From Crocosphaera subtropica ATCC 51142 (GTDB taxonomy: Bacteria > Cyanobacteriota > Cyanobacteriia > Cyanobacteriales > Microcystaceae): a stretch of 32,000 nucleotides of DNA. The notes below the pieces were generated by a model. That model ran no database searches and was not told where the DNA came from. It saw only the letters and a list, made by a program, of their open reading frames with translations. The position numbers were made by a program, and so were the translations under genes. Shown in pieces: positions 1 to 9,507 of this stretch. The stretch covers positions 210,001-242,000 of the forward strand of contig NC_010547.1 in NCBI RefSeq assembly GCF_000017845.1, written 5' to 3'. Within the stretch, counting starts at the first letter, position 1. Each line of letters starts with the position of its first letter.

Positions 1-1
1 C

Positions 2-247
2 CCTATACAGTTTTTCGCCGCCATTGCAGGTTTTTTATTAGGCTACTTAGCCCACGCAAATACAGGAAATATGATTGTCGGAGTTGGGGCTGCTTTATGG
101 GTCTTTTTTACCATCGTTTTAGTCCTGGGTAATCACCACTGGCAGTATCTCAATAAATACCGCAAAGCTACCCCATGGTCGAGAGGGCGTAGGCTCTTTA
201 AAAATCCTTTAGAATCGAGGAAGCCCAAAAATGGGACAAAAAACTAA
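2..247 (+). CDS. 3' fragment of a small two-helix inner-membrane protein, VirB3-like by position (5' end outside the window)
   Basis: The frame is open from the window edge to TAA at 245-247. The translation ..FFAAIAGFLLGYLAHANTGNMIVGVGAALWVFFTIVLVLGNHHWQYLNKYRK.. gives two hydrophobic helices and a basic tail. It overlaps the VirB4 ATG (231) by 17 nt, the slot VirB3 usually occupies. It is absent from the ORF track because it has no start in the window. Confidence 0.4.
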   Translation, partial: PIQFFAAIAGFLLGYLAHANTGNMIVGVGAALWVFFTIVLVLGNHHWQYLNKYRKATPWSRGRRLFKNPLESRKPKNGTKN

Positions 248-3020
248 GAAGAAAAGGATAGAAATCTACGAAGATATCCAAAATCATCTTGATCTGGTAT
301 GTTATTGTTCGTTTGAACGAGGAGATATTAGAGCAGGGGCTTACCTCTTACAAGAGAAAGATGATGGTCCTTATGCTGTTACCTTCGGTTGGAAGTTAAG
401 AGGGATTCACTCTTACACCAATAAAAAAGACCTTTACTACAGTCATGAACGATTGAAGAACGGTCTCAAAGACTTTCCCATGAACGATAGTCTAATGGTT
501 AGGTCTAGGATCACTCCTGATGATAGTAGTAGACAGTGCTATTTACAAAATCTCTGTGAAACAGCACCTTGCGACGAACTTAGTTTCTTTCTTTTAGGAG
601 ATCAGAAACAAGTTCGAGAAATAAGTGACAAAGCACTCCGCGTTATCAAGGAAGATCGAATCTTCGTATCCTATTATGCAGAAAGTGAAAGCGAAGCTGC
701 TGATTGGATGGAGAAGGGGTTACTTTGGGTTCAATCTCATATCATTTCCCATTTCGGAGCCTCTAATAACATCGGTCAAGAAGAACTAGAGCGGGTTTTT
801 CGGTGTGCTAATGAAACCCGATTTCAATGGCATTCCTATCTCACCGATAAGCTTGGATTACAAGTATTTCCCATGTCTCCCGATGAGATGAAGGAATATG
901 CTTGGAAATTATTTAACAGTACCTCTGCCCCTAGTCAGTTTCCACAGCTAATAACCTACGACCATGATGGGCTAAGGCTCGAACAATGGAGTGAGACAAG
1001 CCCTTCTACTTTACTGACTGCTGACCAAGTTCCGCAAAATGACAGAGCTTGGATCTATCACCCTAATACACAAACCTATAGTGCTGTTCTGACATTTCTG
1101 GACAAGCCCTACGCTTGGGAAAACGCAGAAACCCAAATGAGATATCTCTTTGATTTACTGGGTAAAACAGGTATTAAGCACATTGAGTTTGTGACTCAAG
1201 TGTGGAGAGGTGATAGCAGACTAGCGCGGATTAATATGGAAAAATTGATCCGTCAAAGTAAAAATCGGGGAAAAGAAGCAGCTACCAAAGGTGAAGTCAA
1301 TGTAGCAGCCGGTCAAGATTTAGAGGAAAGCATTGAAGCGCAAAAATCAATGATTAAAGGAAGCGTGCCTTTCAATACGGCAGTGGCCATCATTGTCCAT
1401 GCTCCTGACCCTGATACGCTCAAAAAACTCTGTCGAGTTGTACAGAACAACTACCAAGCTCCTGCTGTAGTCAGCAGAGAAAAAGAAGTTGTCTGGGAAC
1501 TCTGGCTACAATCCTTGCCTATTACCAGAAGTAAGTTACTGGTTAATGCCTTTTCAAATCGTACTCTTACTTATCGCAATGAAGAAGTTTTGGCTTTTTT
1601 ACCGCTTTTTACCACCTTAAGTTCAGCAAAACAGGGAGTAGAACTCATTGCCCAAGACAGCAAAATCCCTGTATATCTGGATGTGTTTCAGTACGAAGGA
1701 CGCCATGTGGGTTTCTTTGCTAGTTCACGTAGTGGTAAATCCGTTGCAATTGGCTCAGTCCTCACCACCGCCCTCTCTCAAGGAATTCCAGTGGTGGCAA
1801 TTGACTACCCTGGTTCTAGCGGGCGTTCTACGTTTACTGATTACACAAAATACCTTGATGTGATTGGAGACTATTTTGACGTAAGAGAACACTCGTTCAA
1901 CATCTTCGACCGTATCAATCTCAGCAAGATTAAAAAGGAAAGAGAGCGCAAAATACGCTGGCAATTATACACAGGGTTTCTCAAAGAAACCTTAGTGGCC
2001 ATGGTCTTAGGCGGTAAAGCTGCTTCTCTCGATGCCAGACTCGAAACCGAAGTAAAAACGGTAATTTCCTTTGCGGTTAACGCCTTTTTCAAAAACGAGA
2101 GTATTCTTGCTCGATATCAACGAGCTGAAGCGGGCGGTGTCGGTAGTGAAGCATGGCAAAAAAGCCCAACCTTAAAAGACTTCATGGCTTTATGTAATGC
2201 CAATATCATCCGAGCCGAACTCCCTGAAGAGTTTGTCATGGATGAAAAAACCCTGAACAACACCTTGTACTTTGTTCAGTTGCAATTAAGCTATTGGCTC
2301 AACAGCGAATTAGGAAATGCGATCGGTCGTCCTTCAACAGTCAAGCCCGATGCTATGTTAATGGTCTTTGCGTTGACTGCTCTCAAAGAAGACGAGTCAC
2401 TGATTTTTGCGCTCATTGCCTTTACCGCAGCTTACAGTCGCTCCCTTGAGTATCAAAGAACCCTGTTCTTTATCGATGAATCTCCGATCCTACTAAAATT
2501 CCCTGCGATCTCTAAGATTGTAGCCTCCTTATTCGCCAACGGCAGTAAATCGGGAATTCGAGTGGTACTAAGCGCCCAGGCTCCTAACCAAATTGCTAAT
2601 AATCCCTCTACGGCAGGAGACATTTTACAAAATATGCACTACCGAATGTTAGGGAGGATCGAAGAAACAGCGATTGAGTCCTGTGTCAATATTCTCGGTA
2701 TTCAAGAGGAAATGGTACGGCGATGCACGAAATTTGAGCCCGACAAAGCCAAAGGACGAACACAGTGGCTATTCTTTGATGGCTCTCGATTTAGCTATGT
2801 CAATTACTACGCCCCACCAGTACAACTTGCCACACTGGTTAATAACACAGACGAAGCAGACGTTAGAGAATCCCTCAAGGAGCATTACCCCGATAACGTC
2901 TTCATGGCGTTATACCAATTCTCTGAACTTTTCAGGGAAGCCCACATGAAAGGAATGCCTATCAAAGAGGTGTACCAAGCCCTTTATCCAACTATCGACG
3001 TGGAGAGTAAAGCAGCGTGA
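231..3020 (+). CDS. virB4: Type IV secretion ATPase, VirB4/TrbE/CagE family
   Basis: 929-aa ORF. Walker A is ASSRSGKS (nt 1719-1742) and Walker B is LFFIDESP. Size and position at the head of a run of membrane-protein genes are typical of VirB4. Confidence 0.9.
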   Translation: MGQKTKKKRIEIYEDIQNHLDLVCYCSFERGDIRAGAYLLQEKDDGPYAVTFGWKLRGIHSYTNKKDLYYSHERLKNGLKDFPMNDSLMVRSRITPDDSSRQCYLQNLCETAPCDELSFFLLGDQKQVREISDKALRVIKEDRIFVSYYAESESEAADWMEKGLLWVQSHIISHFGASNNIGQEELERVFRCANETRFQWHSYLTDKLGLQVFPMSPDEMKEYAWKLFNSTSAPSQFPQLITYDHDGLRLEQWSETSPSTLLTADQVPQNDRAWIYHPNTQTYSAVLTFLDKPYAWENAETQMRYLFDLLGKTGIKHIEFVTQVWRGDSRLARINMEKLIRQSKNRGKEAATKGEVNVAAGQDLEESIEAQKSMIKGSVPFNTAVAIIVHAPDPDTLKKLCRVVQNNYQAPAVVSREKEVVWELWLQSLPITRSKLLVNAFSNRTLTYRNEEVLAFLPLFTTLSSAKQGVELIAQDSKIPVYLDVFQYEGRHVGFFASSRSGKSVAIGSVLTTALSQGIPVVAIDYPGSSGRSTFTDYTKYLDVIGDYFDVREHSFNIFDRINLSKIKKERERKIRWQLYTGFLKETLVAMVLGGKAASLDARLETEVKTVISFAVNAFFKNESILARYQRAEAGGVGSEAWQKSPTLKDFMALCNANIIRAELPEEFVMDEKTLNNTLYFVQLQLSYWLNSELGNAIGRPSTVKPDAMLMVFALTALKEDESLIFALIAFTAAYSRSLEYQRTLFFIDESPILLKFPAISKIVASLFANGSKSGIRVVLSAQAPNQIANNPSTAGDILQNMHYRMLGRIEETAIESCVNILGIQEEMVRRCTKFEPDKAKGRTQWLFFDGSRFSYVNYYAPPVQLATLVNNTDEADVRESLKEHYPDNVFMALYQFSELFREAHMKGMPIKEVYQALYPTIDVESKAA

Positions 3021-3868
3021 AAATCAAGAAAAAAGTAGCGATTATTTCAGGTTTAATTGGGGGAACCCTCATAACTGGAATCCCGGCCATGGCCTTCCTT
3101 GGCTTCACTAATTCGCCCTTAATCCGATTAGCCGATCAGTATCTTTTTGGAGGTGTCGTAGAGACAGCAGAAGAAATATTTAACCTGGGAGAAGAGGCAT
3201 TCGGATATGTCGAAGAGGTCTTCAATTCTAACGGTATAACCGTCGTAGAAGAATTAGTAGACAACGCTAGAAATACTTGTAGTAGTTCAGATGTCCCGTT
3301 AGAGATATGCAATGACATTGCTCGAGACGGTGGAAGCATCGTTGAGGCGATGGAAAACAACGAAGGGATTTTAGGACTCCCTATTCCTGAAAACTACCAA
3401 AGAGAAATGGTAGATACTCTACTAAACTCGTCTGAAGAACCCAGTTGGGGATATGTTAGTAACCCTAGCGTGATTGCCGACGATGTGAAACACGCTGGCG
3501 ATCGCGGGTTGGCTTTGCTCAATAGTAATACGATATTGAGTACCCAAGGCCAAGAAGATATGAAAAAGCGTATCGAAACCAACGAGACCATCGCGAGAAC
3601 TTCAATGGAAATGGGAACTCAGGCACTTAGAACCAGAAACGAACGCAAACTACTACGAATGATGGCTCTGATGGAAGCTCAGCAGACTATTTTACAACAA
3701 GGTCAAGCTAACACCGCAGAAATGAGTCGAGTTGATCAACAAATTACCAATCTCAACTTAGCTAATATCTCCAAGACATTAGATAAAGAGCAAACCGAAA
3801 AACAAGTTGAAAAAAGAGTGGTAACAGACGGGCTTATAAGGGCTGTCAATGGTCTAGGAATGTACTAG
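3017..3868 (+). CDS. Membrane-anchored or secreted coiled-coil protein, possibly VirB5/TrbJ-like
   Basis: GTG start overlaps the virB4 stop (GTGA). The N-terminus has a hydrophobic signal/anchor (KKVAIISGLIGGTLITGIPAMAFLG). The C-terminal third is Q/E/K-rich and helical. It sits directly before a VirB6/TrbL-like gene, as trbJ does. The function is assigned from position and architecture only. Confidence 0.5.
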   Translation: MKIKKKVAIISGLIGGTLITGIPAMAFLGFTNSPLIRLADQYLFGGVVETAEEIFNLGEEAFGYVEEVFNSNGITVVEELVDNARNTCSSSDVPLEICNDIARDGGSIVEAMENNEGILGLPIPENYQREMVDTLLNSSEEPSWGYVSNPSVIADDVKHAGDRGLALLNSNTILSTQGQEDMKKRIETNETIARTSMEMGTQALRTRNERKLLRMMALMEAQQTILQQGQANTAEMSRVDQQITNLNLANISKTLDKEQTEKQVEKRVVTDGLIRAVNGLGMY

Positions 3869-3877
3869 GAGGTAATT

Positions 3878-4924
3878 GTGAGCTATTACATCGGTTCGTT
3901 CACCAATATTCTCCAGAATGGTATCAACACGACTAATGACACTGCCCAAGCTTGGGATCAAACCTGGAATAACCTTTTTGCCGGAGGGAATATATCAGGA
4001 GCCACGATATTTGGCTCAATGGTTCAATTGGGAGAATTATTCGCAGTTGTAGCCGTGATTATTGCTGGTCTGTTGACGTTCAAAGACATGAATAATCACA
4101 AAGCACCGCAATTCAACATTGTAATCTGGCCATTGATTGCTATGACAATGTTTGCCGCCGACGGTTTTTTATTAGCCCAAACGGTGTTAGGGCTGCGAGG
4201 AATCATTAATCAAATCTCAGATCAAGTAGCCACCAGTGTCGTTGCCGGGGTGCAATTAGACGAAGCCTTGAAAAATCTCGGTGGACAGGTAATGCTCCAA
4301 CAAACCGTCGAAGATGCTTACCGTGGCTGTCTCTCGATGACAGGAGCCGCTAGAGCAGACTGCCTTCAAAAAGCCGCAGACTATGGTAACGAACTCGCTA
4401 ATTCATTTGGGAACGTCTTCGGAGCAGCACAATGGATTGGAGATATTATAGATAGTTTCCGAAATGCCTCAAACGCTGTACAAAACGGAACAGGTGGGGC
4501 ATTGATCGGTTTGTTCTCTCCAATCTGGGAACCCATTTTATACGCCATACTTTTCGCTCTCATGAAGGCTTATCAGAATATGCTTGAAGCGGTAATGATT
4601 TTGATTGGTCTGACAGCACCCTTAGCATTGGGTGGCTCCTTGATCGGGTTTGGAACTCCGGCCTTTATTGGATGGTTGTCAGGGTTTTTCTCGTTCGGTC
4701 TAGCAAAGATTTTTTTCAACTTGTTAATTGGATTAGCAGCCTCAGTCGCCACTAATGCTGGTTTAAACGATCCTGCATGGTTTGCTTTGTTTGTCGGAAT
4801 TTGCGCCCCAATTATAAGCTTTGCAATGGCTTCGGGAAGTGGATTTGTTATCTGGGGTGCTATGACATCAATGGCAGCATCTGCTACGACCGGAGCAGCT
4901 TCAATGATTACCAAGAAAGCCTAG
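3878..4924 (+). CDS. Polytopic inner-membrane protein, VirB6/TrbL-like
   Basis: GTG start 7 nt after a strong GGAGG. The 348-aa product has at least five long hydrophobic segments (for example FAVVAVIIAGLLTF, IVIWPLIAMTMFAADGFLLA, ILYAILFALMKAY, GWLSGFFSFGLAKIFFNLLIGLAA). It occupies the operon position of VirB6/TrbL. Confidence 0.6.
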   Translation: MSYYIGSFTNILQNGINTTNDTAQAWDQTWNNLFAGGNISGATIFGSMVQLGELFAVVAVIIAGLLTFKDMNNHKAPQFNIVIWPLIAMTMFAADGFLLAQTVLGLRGIINQISDQVATSVVAGVQLDEALKNLGGQVMLQQTVEDAYRGCLSMTGAARADCLQKAADYGNELANSFGNVFGAAQWIGDIIDSFRNASNAVQNGTGGALIGLFSPIWEPILYAILFALMKAYQNMLEAVMILIGLTAPLALGGSLIGFGTPAFIGWLSGFFSFGLAKIFFNLLIGLAASVATNAGLNDPAWFALFVGICAPIISFAMASGSGFVIWGAMTSMAASATTGAASMITKKA

Positions 4925-4943
4925 TACAGAGGAAATTAAGGTT

Positions 4944-5852
4944 ATGTTAGGTTCATTCAACGAAAAAAAACCAAAAAACAAAGAAGAAAACCCCGAAAAT
5001 AAGAGCTTAAAAAGCCTAAAAGGGAAACTGACAAAGCATCAGAATTTAATCGGACTTTGGTTGTTCCTGCTTATTAATGTGGCCGGTTTAGGATTAGTAT
5101 TTGCGCTACAGCTTGTACAAATGGTTCAAATTGGACGGGTTGCTAATAAACCGCCAGCAACTTTAGTAGAAAAGGGAGATGGAACAGGACTTCTAACCGA
5201 CGCCATTCCCGCCTCGCAACGAACCCCCAGAGCGATTCAACGATTTACATCGGATATTCTGACTGCGTTATTCACAGTAACTCCCGTATTAGAAACGCAA
5301 GAAGGGCTAACGCAAGGCGATGGGTTTGACACAGGGATAACGATTCCCCGTAAAGAAGGAAATGTCAATAACCGAGTAACAGTAAATGCCTATGTAGCTT
5401 CAGTCGCAGCCATTGCACCTGGATTTAGAGACCAATTTCTAAGTAAATTGGCAGATATTACCCCGCCCAATAGTTTCAATGGAACCACTCAGGTGTTGTT
5501 CAAAATTGATTTCTTGGGAAATCCCATCCCCGTCGATGGTAAATCAGATGAGTGGACAGTCACAGTCGTAGGGACACGCTACATTATCGAAAGTCAAAGC
5601 GGAGGAAGTCGCAGAAGCCCTGAACCCGAACCCTTCAAACAAGTCATCTATCTCAAATCAGTTAATCCCCAGTTCAATCCCCTCCCTGAAATTTCGACTA
5701 ATATCCAAGAGCGCGTAGCAGATATCACAAAAATTGGCTTGCAAATCACCAAAATGACCCCATTAGACACAACCACTCCCCAAGGGGGAGACTTCCTAGA
5801 GCTTCCTGCTCAACCTCAGCCTCAACCGACTCAACCTACGGAGGAAGAATAA
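4944..5852 (+). CDS. Bitopic membrane protein, VirB8-like topology with a proline-rich tail
   Basis: It has a Lys-rich N-terminus, a single TM helix (LIGLWLFLLINVAGLGLVFALQLV), a domain of about 200 aa after the TM helix, and a C-terminal PAQPQPQPTQPTEEE. Its stop overlaps the next start (TAATG). Confidence 0.45.
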   Translation: MLGSFNEKKPKNKEENPENKSLKSLKGKLTKHQNLIGLWLFLLINVAGLGLVFALQLVQMVQIGRVANKPPATLVEKGDGTGLLTDAIPASQRTPRAIQRFTSDILTALFTVTPVLETQEGLTQGDGFDTGITIPRKEGNVNNRVTVNAYVASVAAIAPGFRDQFLSKLADITPPNSFNGTTQVLFKIDFLGNPIPVDGKSDEWTVTVVGTRYIIESQSGGSRRSPEPEPFKQVIYLKSVNPQFNPLPEISTNIQERVADITKIGLQITKMTPLDTTTPQGGDFLELPAQPQPQPTQPTEEE

Positions 5853-7291
5853 TGGCCGACCACATTCAACAAATTAGAGACACCCTAGGGTTAGATAATC
5901 AATCTGCTCATCAAAACCCCGATGATAACCTGCTCGACAGTAACGGAGAAACCCTCAGAGCAACTGAAAGTGATGTACCGCTCGATCCTGAATTAGAAGA
6001 GGATTTCCAAAGACATTTCACTCAACACACCTTCGCCAGTCACCCACTGAGTAAGTTAGTATTTGTGGGATTAGGCTCGGCTGTAGCCGTAGGAACATTG
6101 GTTGCGATTTATTCTTTAACTCAAACGCCTCAAGAATCAGCCAATTTTGACTCAATTTCATCTGAGGAAAAAAGCGAAGAATTATTCGGAGGAAATCAAA
6201 CAGAAGGAGAAGACGAAAAAGATGAACTGTTAGCACAATTGGCATTAGCCGAACAAAAACAACGAATGGAGCGATTGAATCGCAACCAACCTCAAACGAC
6301 TGAACCCGATGTTTCCAACCCAGAATCAGTAGAAAAGGAAGAAACCCCGGGAAAACCCAAGCCAGCAACTAAGCAAGTGGTAGTCCGTCGTCAACCACCT
6401 ACCTCTACCACTCAACCTGTACGGCGAACCCAAACGGTTGCTCGTAGGCAAACAGTCCCGCGTAGAGTAGAACGTCCAACTACTCACACACAGCCAAAAT
6501 CACAACCGAAGACAAACACACAAACAATACGTTCGACACCACCAGAAAAGAAAATAGATTCAGACAAGCGATGGGAAGAGTTAGCACAAGTAGGTTCATT
6601 TAAAGCATCTGGCAGAGCAGAACCGATAGAACAAATCGACTATGCACAAGAAGATGACGGAGTATTAGTCGCATCGAGTAATGGCATGGTCGGAGCATCG
6701 GCTACTCTGACAACTCAAAGTGTCAAGGCACGGATTGAAGGTGGTATCGCTACCGTTGCTCGCTCTCGCAGTGAAGCTAATACGGTAGCCATGACTTTGC
6801 TAGAGCCTCTAGTCGGAACCGATGGGGAAATATTAATCCCTGAAGGGGCTACGGTGATCGCAGAAGCCACGTTCAATGACTTAGTGGTTTCCCTTAACGT
6901 TACCAATATTGCGTTTGAAGGAGAAGACGACTATCAAGACATTACCCTCAATGGAAATACGATTAGAGTAACAGGTGAACAAGGCCCCGTTATCGCCCAA
7001 CGCCGGGAAATTTCTGAAGATGAAGGGTTAAATTGGGGAGCTATCGGTCAAATGGCGACTGCCATTGGTGGATTAGGTGGTATTGAAGGAGCCGCCGAAC
7101 TTTCTCTGTTAATGAATGCAGCTAACGGGGGAGGTCGCAGAAGAGTCAGCCGTCCTATAGAAATGTACATCGTCGAAGATGGAACCGAGGTCATGGTGCG
7201 AGTTGTAAAACCGACCCCTATCCCGATCGCCTCTGATAACCATACACCAGACCAACAAAAAGAAGTCCCTGAATTTGATTTTGACTACTAA
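5852..7291 (+). CDS. VirB10/TrbI-like envelope-spanning protein
   Basis: The architecture matches VirB10: an acidic N-terminus, one TM helix (LVFVGLGSAVAVGTLVAIYSL), a long Pro/Thr/Arg/Gln-rich linker, and a C-terminal beta-rich domain (..IPEGATVIAEATFNDLVVSLNVTNIAF..). Confidence 0.5.
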   Translation: MADHIQQIRDTLGLDNQSAHQNPDDNLLDSNGETLRATESDVPLDPELEEDFQRHFTQHTFASHPLSKLVFVGLGSAVAVGTLVAIYSLTQTPQESANFDSISSEEKSEELFGGNQTEGEDEKDELLAQLALAEQKQRMERLNRNQPQTTEPDVSNPESVEKEETPGKPKPATKQVVVRRQPPTSTTQPVRRTQTVARRQTVPRRVERPTTHTQPKSQPKTNTQTIRSTPPEKKIDSDKRWEELAQVGSFKASGRAEPIEQIDYAQEDDGVLVASSNGMVGASATLTTQSVKARIEGGIATVARSRSEANTVAMTLLEPLVGTDGEILIPEGATVIAEATFNDLVVSLNVTNIAFEGEDDYQDITLNGNTIRVTGEQGPVIAQRREISEDEGLNWGAIGQMATAIGGLGGIEGAAELSLLMNAANGGGRRRVSRPIEMYIVEDGTEVMVRVVKPTPIPIASDNHTPDQQKEVPEFDFDY

Positions 7292-7299
7292 ATAAAACC

Positions 7300-8139
7300 A
7301 TGAAAAAACCAGTTTCAGTTTTATTAATAACGACTTTAGCTCTAGCGAGCATTGGCCCGAAAACACTGGCTACCAATCAAAATCCTGCTTATTTTTTTAC
7401 TGAGTCTCAAGTTGAGTTACCAAGGATAACTAACACGGGTACGCTCTATGCCGGGTACGAAGTAAATTACGAAGCAAAGGCGATCGCTTCTGGTTCCTAT
7501 CCGACCCTCTCAGTGTGGCCAGGATCGGGATTGACATTGAATTTTACCAAGCTTAACGAGTCAGTTAAACAGGTATGGCTCGACGATCCTTCTAAGCTGG
7601 TCTTAGATTATGCCGGAGAACTGTGTAATTTGCCCTGTCGAGGTGGAGTCAAGGTACTGCACCTAAAACGAGTACAAGGATTGCAGTTCGAGAATCTCCC
7701 CTCGACTCCAATCACGACTTTGACGGTGGTGACGGTAGGGTCAGACGGGGAGAAAATTTATAAGTTTAGACTGACCTACGGTAAAGGGAGTGCTAACTAC
7801 TTGACCATTACCCTGAACCCAACTGAATACAAGCCGTCTCCTTCTATAAATGAGGATTACTTAACGGTAGCACGTCCCAATCCTAAAAATATCAACAAAG
7901 AAAGAATCGAAGTGTTTGAGCAAGGTTTAGCCACTGCCAAGGAAAAGTTAGACGATACCTCTCGAAATCGGTTGATATTTACACGGGTTGAGCTATTTAT
8001 CGCTGATTTAAGGCAAGGATATAGCGAAGCCGATGCCAGAGAGCGGAATCATTTGTCGAAAAATGCAGTGGATACATTGATAGAGATGGGGAAACCGACC
8101 AAGGAGGAAGGCGATGAACGAGCAGCTACTGAACTATGA
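7300..8139 (+). CDS. Secreted protein with a cleavable signal peptide, T4SS-associated (possible VirB9/TrbG analogue)
   Basis: The signal-peptide-like N-terminus is MKKPVSVLLITTLALASIGPKTLA. It lies in the T4SS operon 8 nt after the VirB10-like gene. I recognise no family motif. Confidence 0.45.
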   Translation: MKKPVSVLLITTLALASIGPKTLATNQNPAYFFTESQVELPRITNTGTLYAGYEVNYEAKAIASGSYPTLSVWPGSGLTLNFTKLNESVKQVWLDDPSKLVLDYAGELCNLPCRGGVKVLHLKRVQGLQFENLPSTPITTLTVVTVGSDGEKIYKFRLTYGKGSANYLTITLNPTEYKPSPSINEDYLTVARPNPKNINKERIEVFEQGLATAKEKLDDTSRNRLIFTRVELFIADLRQGYSEADARERNHLSKNAVDTLIEMGKPTKEEGDERAATEL

Positions 8140-8401
8140 TCACACGGTGGCTTTAGGAGAAGCCCTTTATAGCCCTCTTTCGCCGAATTACAGATGGACG
8201 ACTTTCGAGGTGTTTTGTGATGGCTTTTTAGTCTATCAACAAACCATTCAAGGAATTCATATCAATGCCCAAGTCTCCCCAGACTATAAACCCTTAGAGA
8301 TAGTCATTGCATTCGATGGCGAGCCTGTCTTTGCCCTTCGGGGCAGTCAGGTCTGTCTTAACCGTTTAAACCGCCCTTTAATATCGTATACCCCTGATTA
8401 G
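8114..8401 (+). CDS. Small hypothetical protein (95 aa)
   Basis: ATG at 8114 is preceded by a strong AAGGAGGAAGG (8101-8111) embedded in the 3' end of the upstream gene (26-nt overlap). It is co-oriented within the operon. Confidence 0.5.
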   Translation: MNEQLLNYDHTVALGEALYSPLSPNYRWTTFEVFCDGFLVYQQTIQGIHINAQVSPDYKPLEIVIAFDGEPVFALRGSQVCLNRLNRPLISYTPD

Positions 8402-8403
8402 CC

Positions 8404-9339
8404 ATGTTGAACGACCACAATGCAGCAAGGGCTGCGGATGCAACGAAAGAAATGGAGGTCGCCACCGCAGCTTTGATGCTTGAGAGCATCAAACGACTGA
8501 CAGGTACGGTTGCGGACTTAGCCAAACAAGTGCAGGAAATGCGTGAGGCTCAAAAGCAGAAAGAAAGTCAGCAAGAAATGCCAGACTCTCAAAAAGAAAG
8601 TCAGCAATCACCGACGACTGCTCCTACGACAGAAAACCGCCAACCGCTCCCTAACTTAGAAAAGAAGTCAGACCCTACCCCTAATAAAGTAGAAGAATCC
8701 GTAGCAGTTCCACAGCCACAGCAACCTAACACAGAGCAATTATATGAGATGGTAGCTGAGCTAACAAAAGAAGTTAGGGAATTAAAAGCTGGTAAGGATG
8801 TAGAAACACCCGCAAAAGAAGAAACTCCAGTTTTTTCAATGGACGAGCAAAAACCAGTCTCCGTCCTTACTGCGGTGGAGAATACCCTTACTGACGAATC
8901 GCGAATAAACGACAGTGACGTGCGCCTCCAATTTAAAGGAACCACTTCCTTGTTAGACAAGGCCAAAGAAATGGCACAATCGTTGCGGACAAAAATCTCT
9001 GAGGGAATTGCCTCGATTACGGGCAATGACCGCTCCCTTGCAACAGACTTAGACCGCCAGTTCACGTTGACCCAGTTTACAAACTCTTTACTCGATAAGG
9101 GTGGCGTTCAACAAACCGATGGTTCTACCAGGATGAAAGGCACTTCTTACGAATTCAAGAGAGACAAAGAAGGGGGAATAAGCATCCGAGATACCAAAGG
9201 CGATCGCGGAGAAGTCTTTAGTTTGAAGAATGGTGTCATGGAAGACAAACTCACCAAAAAAGACCTCAAAAACTTCGCTGAGGCTGCAAAAGTAATCAAG
9301 CAGAGAGGGCAAACAAAGAGTGCAGGACTACAACGCTGA
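8404..9339 (+). CDS. Hypothetical acidic, low-complexity/coiled-coil protein (311 aa)
   Basis: It starts 2 nt after the previous stop. It contains an internal KESQQ repeat (QKQKESQQEMPDSQKESQQSP) and a Pro/Thr/Glu-rich centre. It is the last gene of the T4SS operon before the repeat block. Confidence 0.5.
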   Translation: MLNDHNAARAADATKEMEVATAALMLESIKRLTGTVADLAKQVQEMREAQKQKESQQEMPDSQKESQQSPTTAPTTENRQPLPNLEKKSDPTPNKVEESVAVPQPQQPNTEQLYEMVAELTKEVRELKAGKDVETPAKEETPVFSMDEQKPVSVLTAVENTLTDESRINDSDVRLQFKGTTSLLDKAKEMAQSLRTKISEGIASITGNDRSLATDLDRQFTLTQFTNSLLDKGGVQQTDGSTRMKGTSYEFKRDKEGGISIRDTKGDRGEVFSLKNGVMEDKLTKKDLKNFAEAAKVIKQRGQTKSAGLQR

Positions 9340-9368
9340 AACCTACTTCCTGTAAGAGCTACACCTAC

Positions 9369-9478
9369 CCGCAGCAACCCCTATAATTCTTATAACGAAT
9401 AGAGCTTGCTGCGGATCAAAAATAATTATCACCCGCAGCAAGCTCTATTATCTATAGCAAAAATAGACCTTGCTGCGG
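9369..9478. repeat. Four copies of a 16-bp element in alternating orientation (two tandem hairpin units), upstream of the coupling-protein gene
   Basis: The four copies are CCGCAGCAACCCCTAT (9369-9384), ATAGAGCTTGCTGCGG (9399-9414), CCGCAGCAAGCTCTAT (9433-9448) and ATAGACCTTGCTGCGG (9463-9478). Copies 2 and 3 are perfect reverse complements. Copies 1/2 and 3/4 pair with 2 and 1 mismatches. Confidence 0.8.
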
Positions 9479-9507
9479 AACCCTACAACCCTTACCGTAC
9501 TTGGATT

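Noticed and set aside
9406-9507. TTG-initiated 34-codon N-terminal extension of the coupling protein, as given in the ORF track
   Set aside because: The extension is translated straight through the inverted-repeat block (9399-9478). An ATG at 9508 gives a normal VirD4 N-terminus with the TM helix shortly after.
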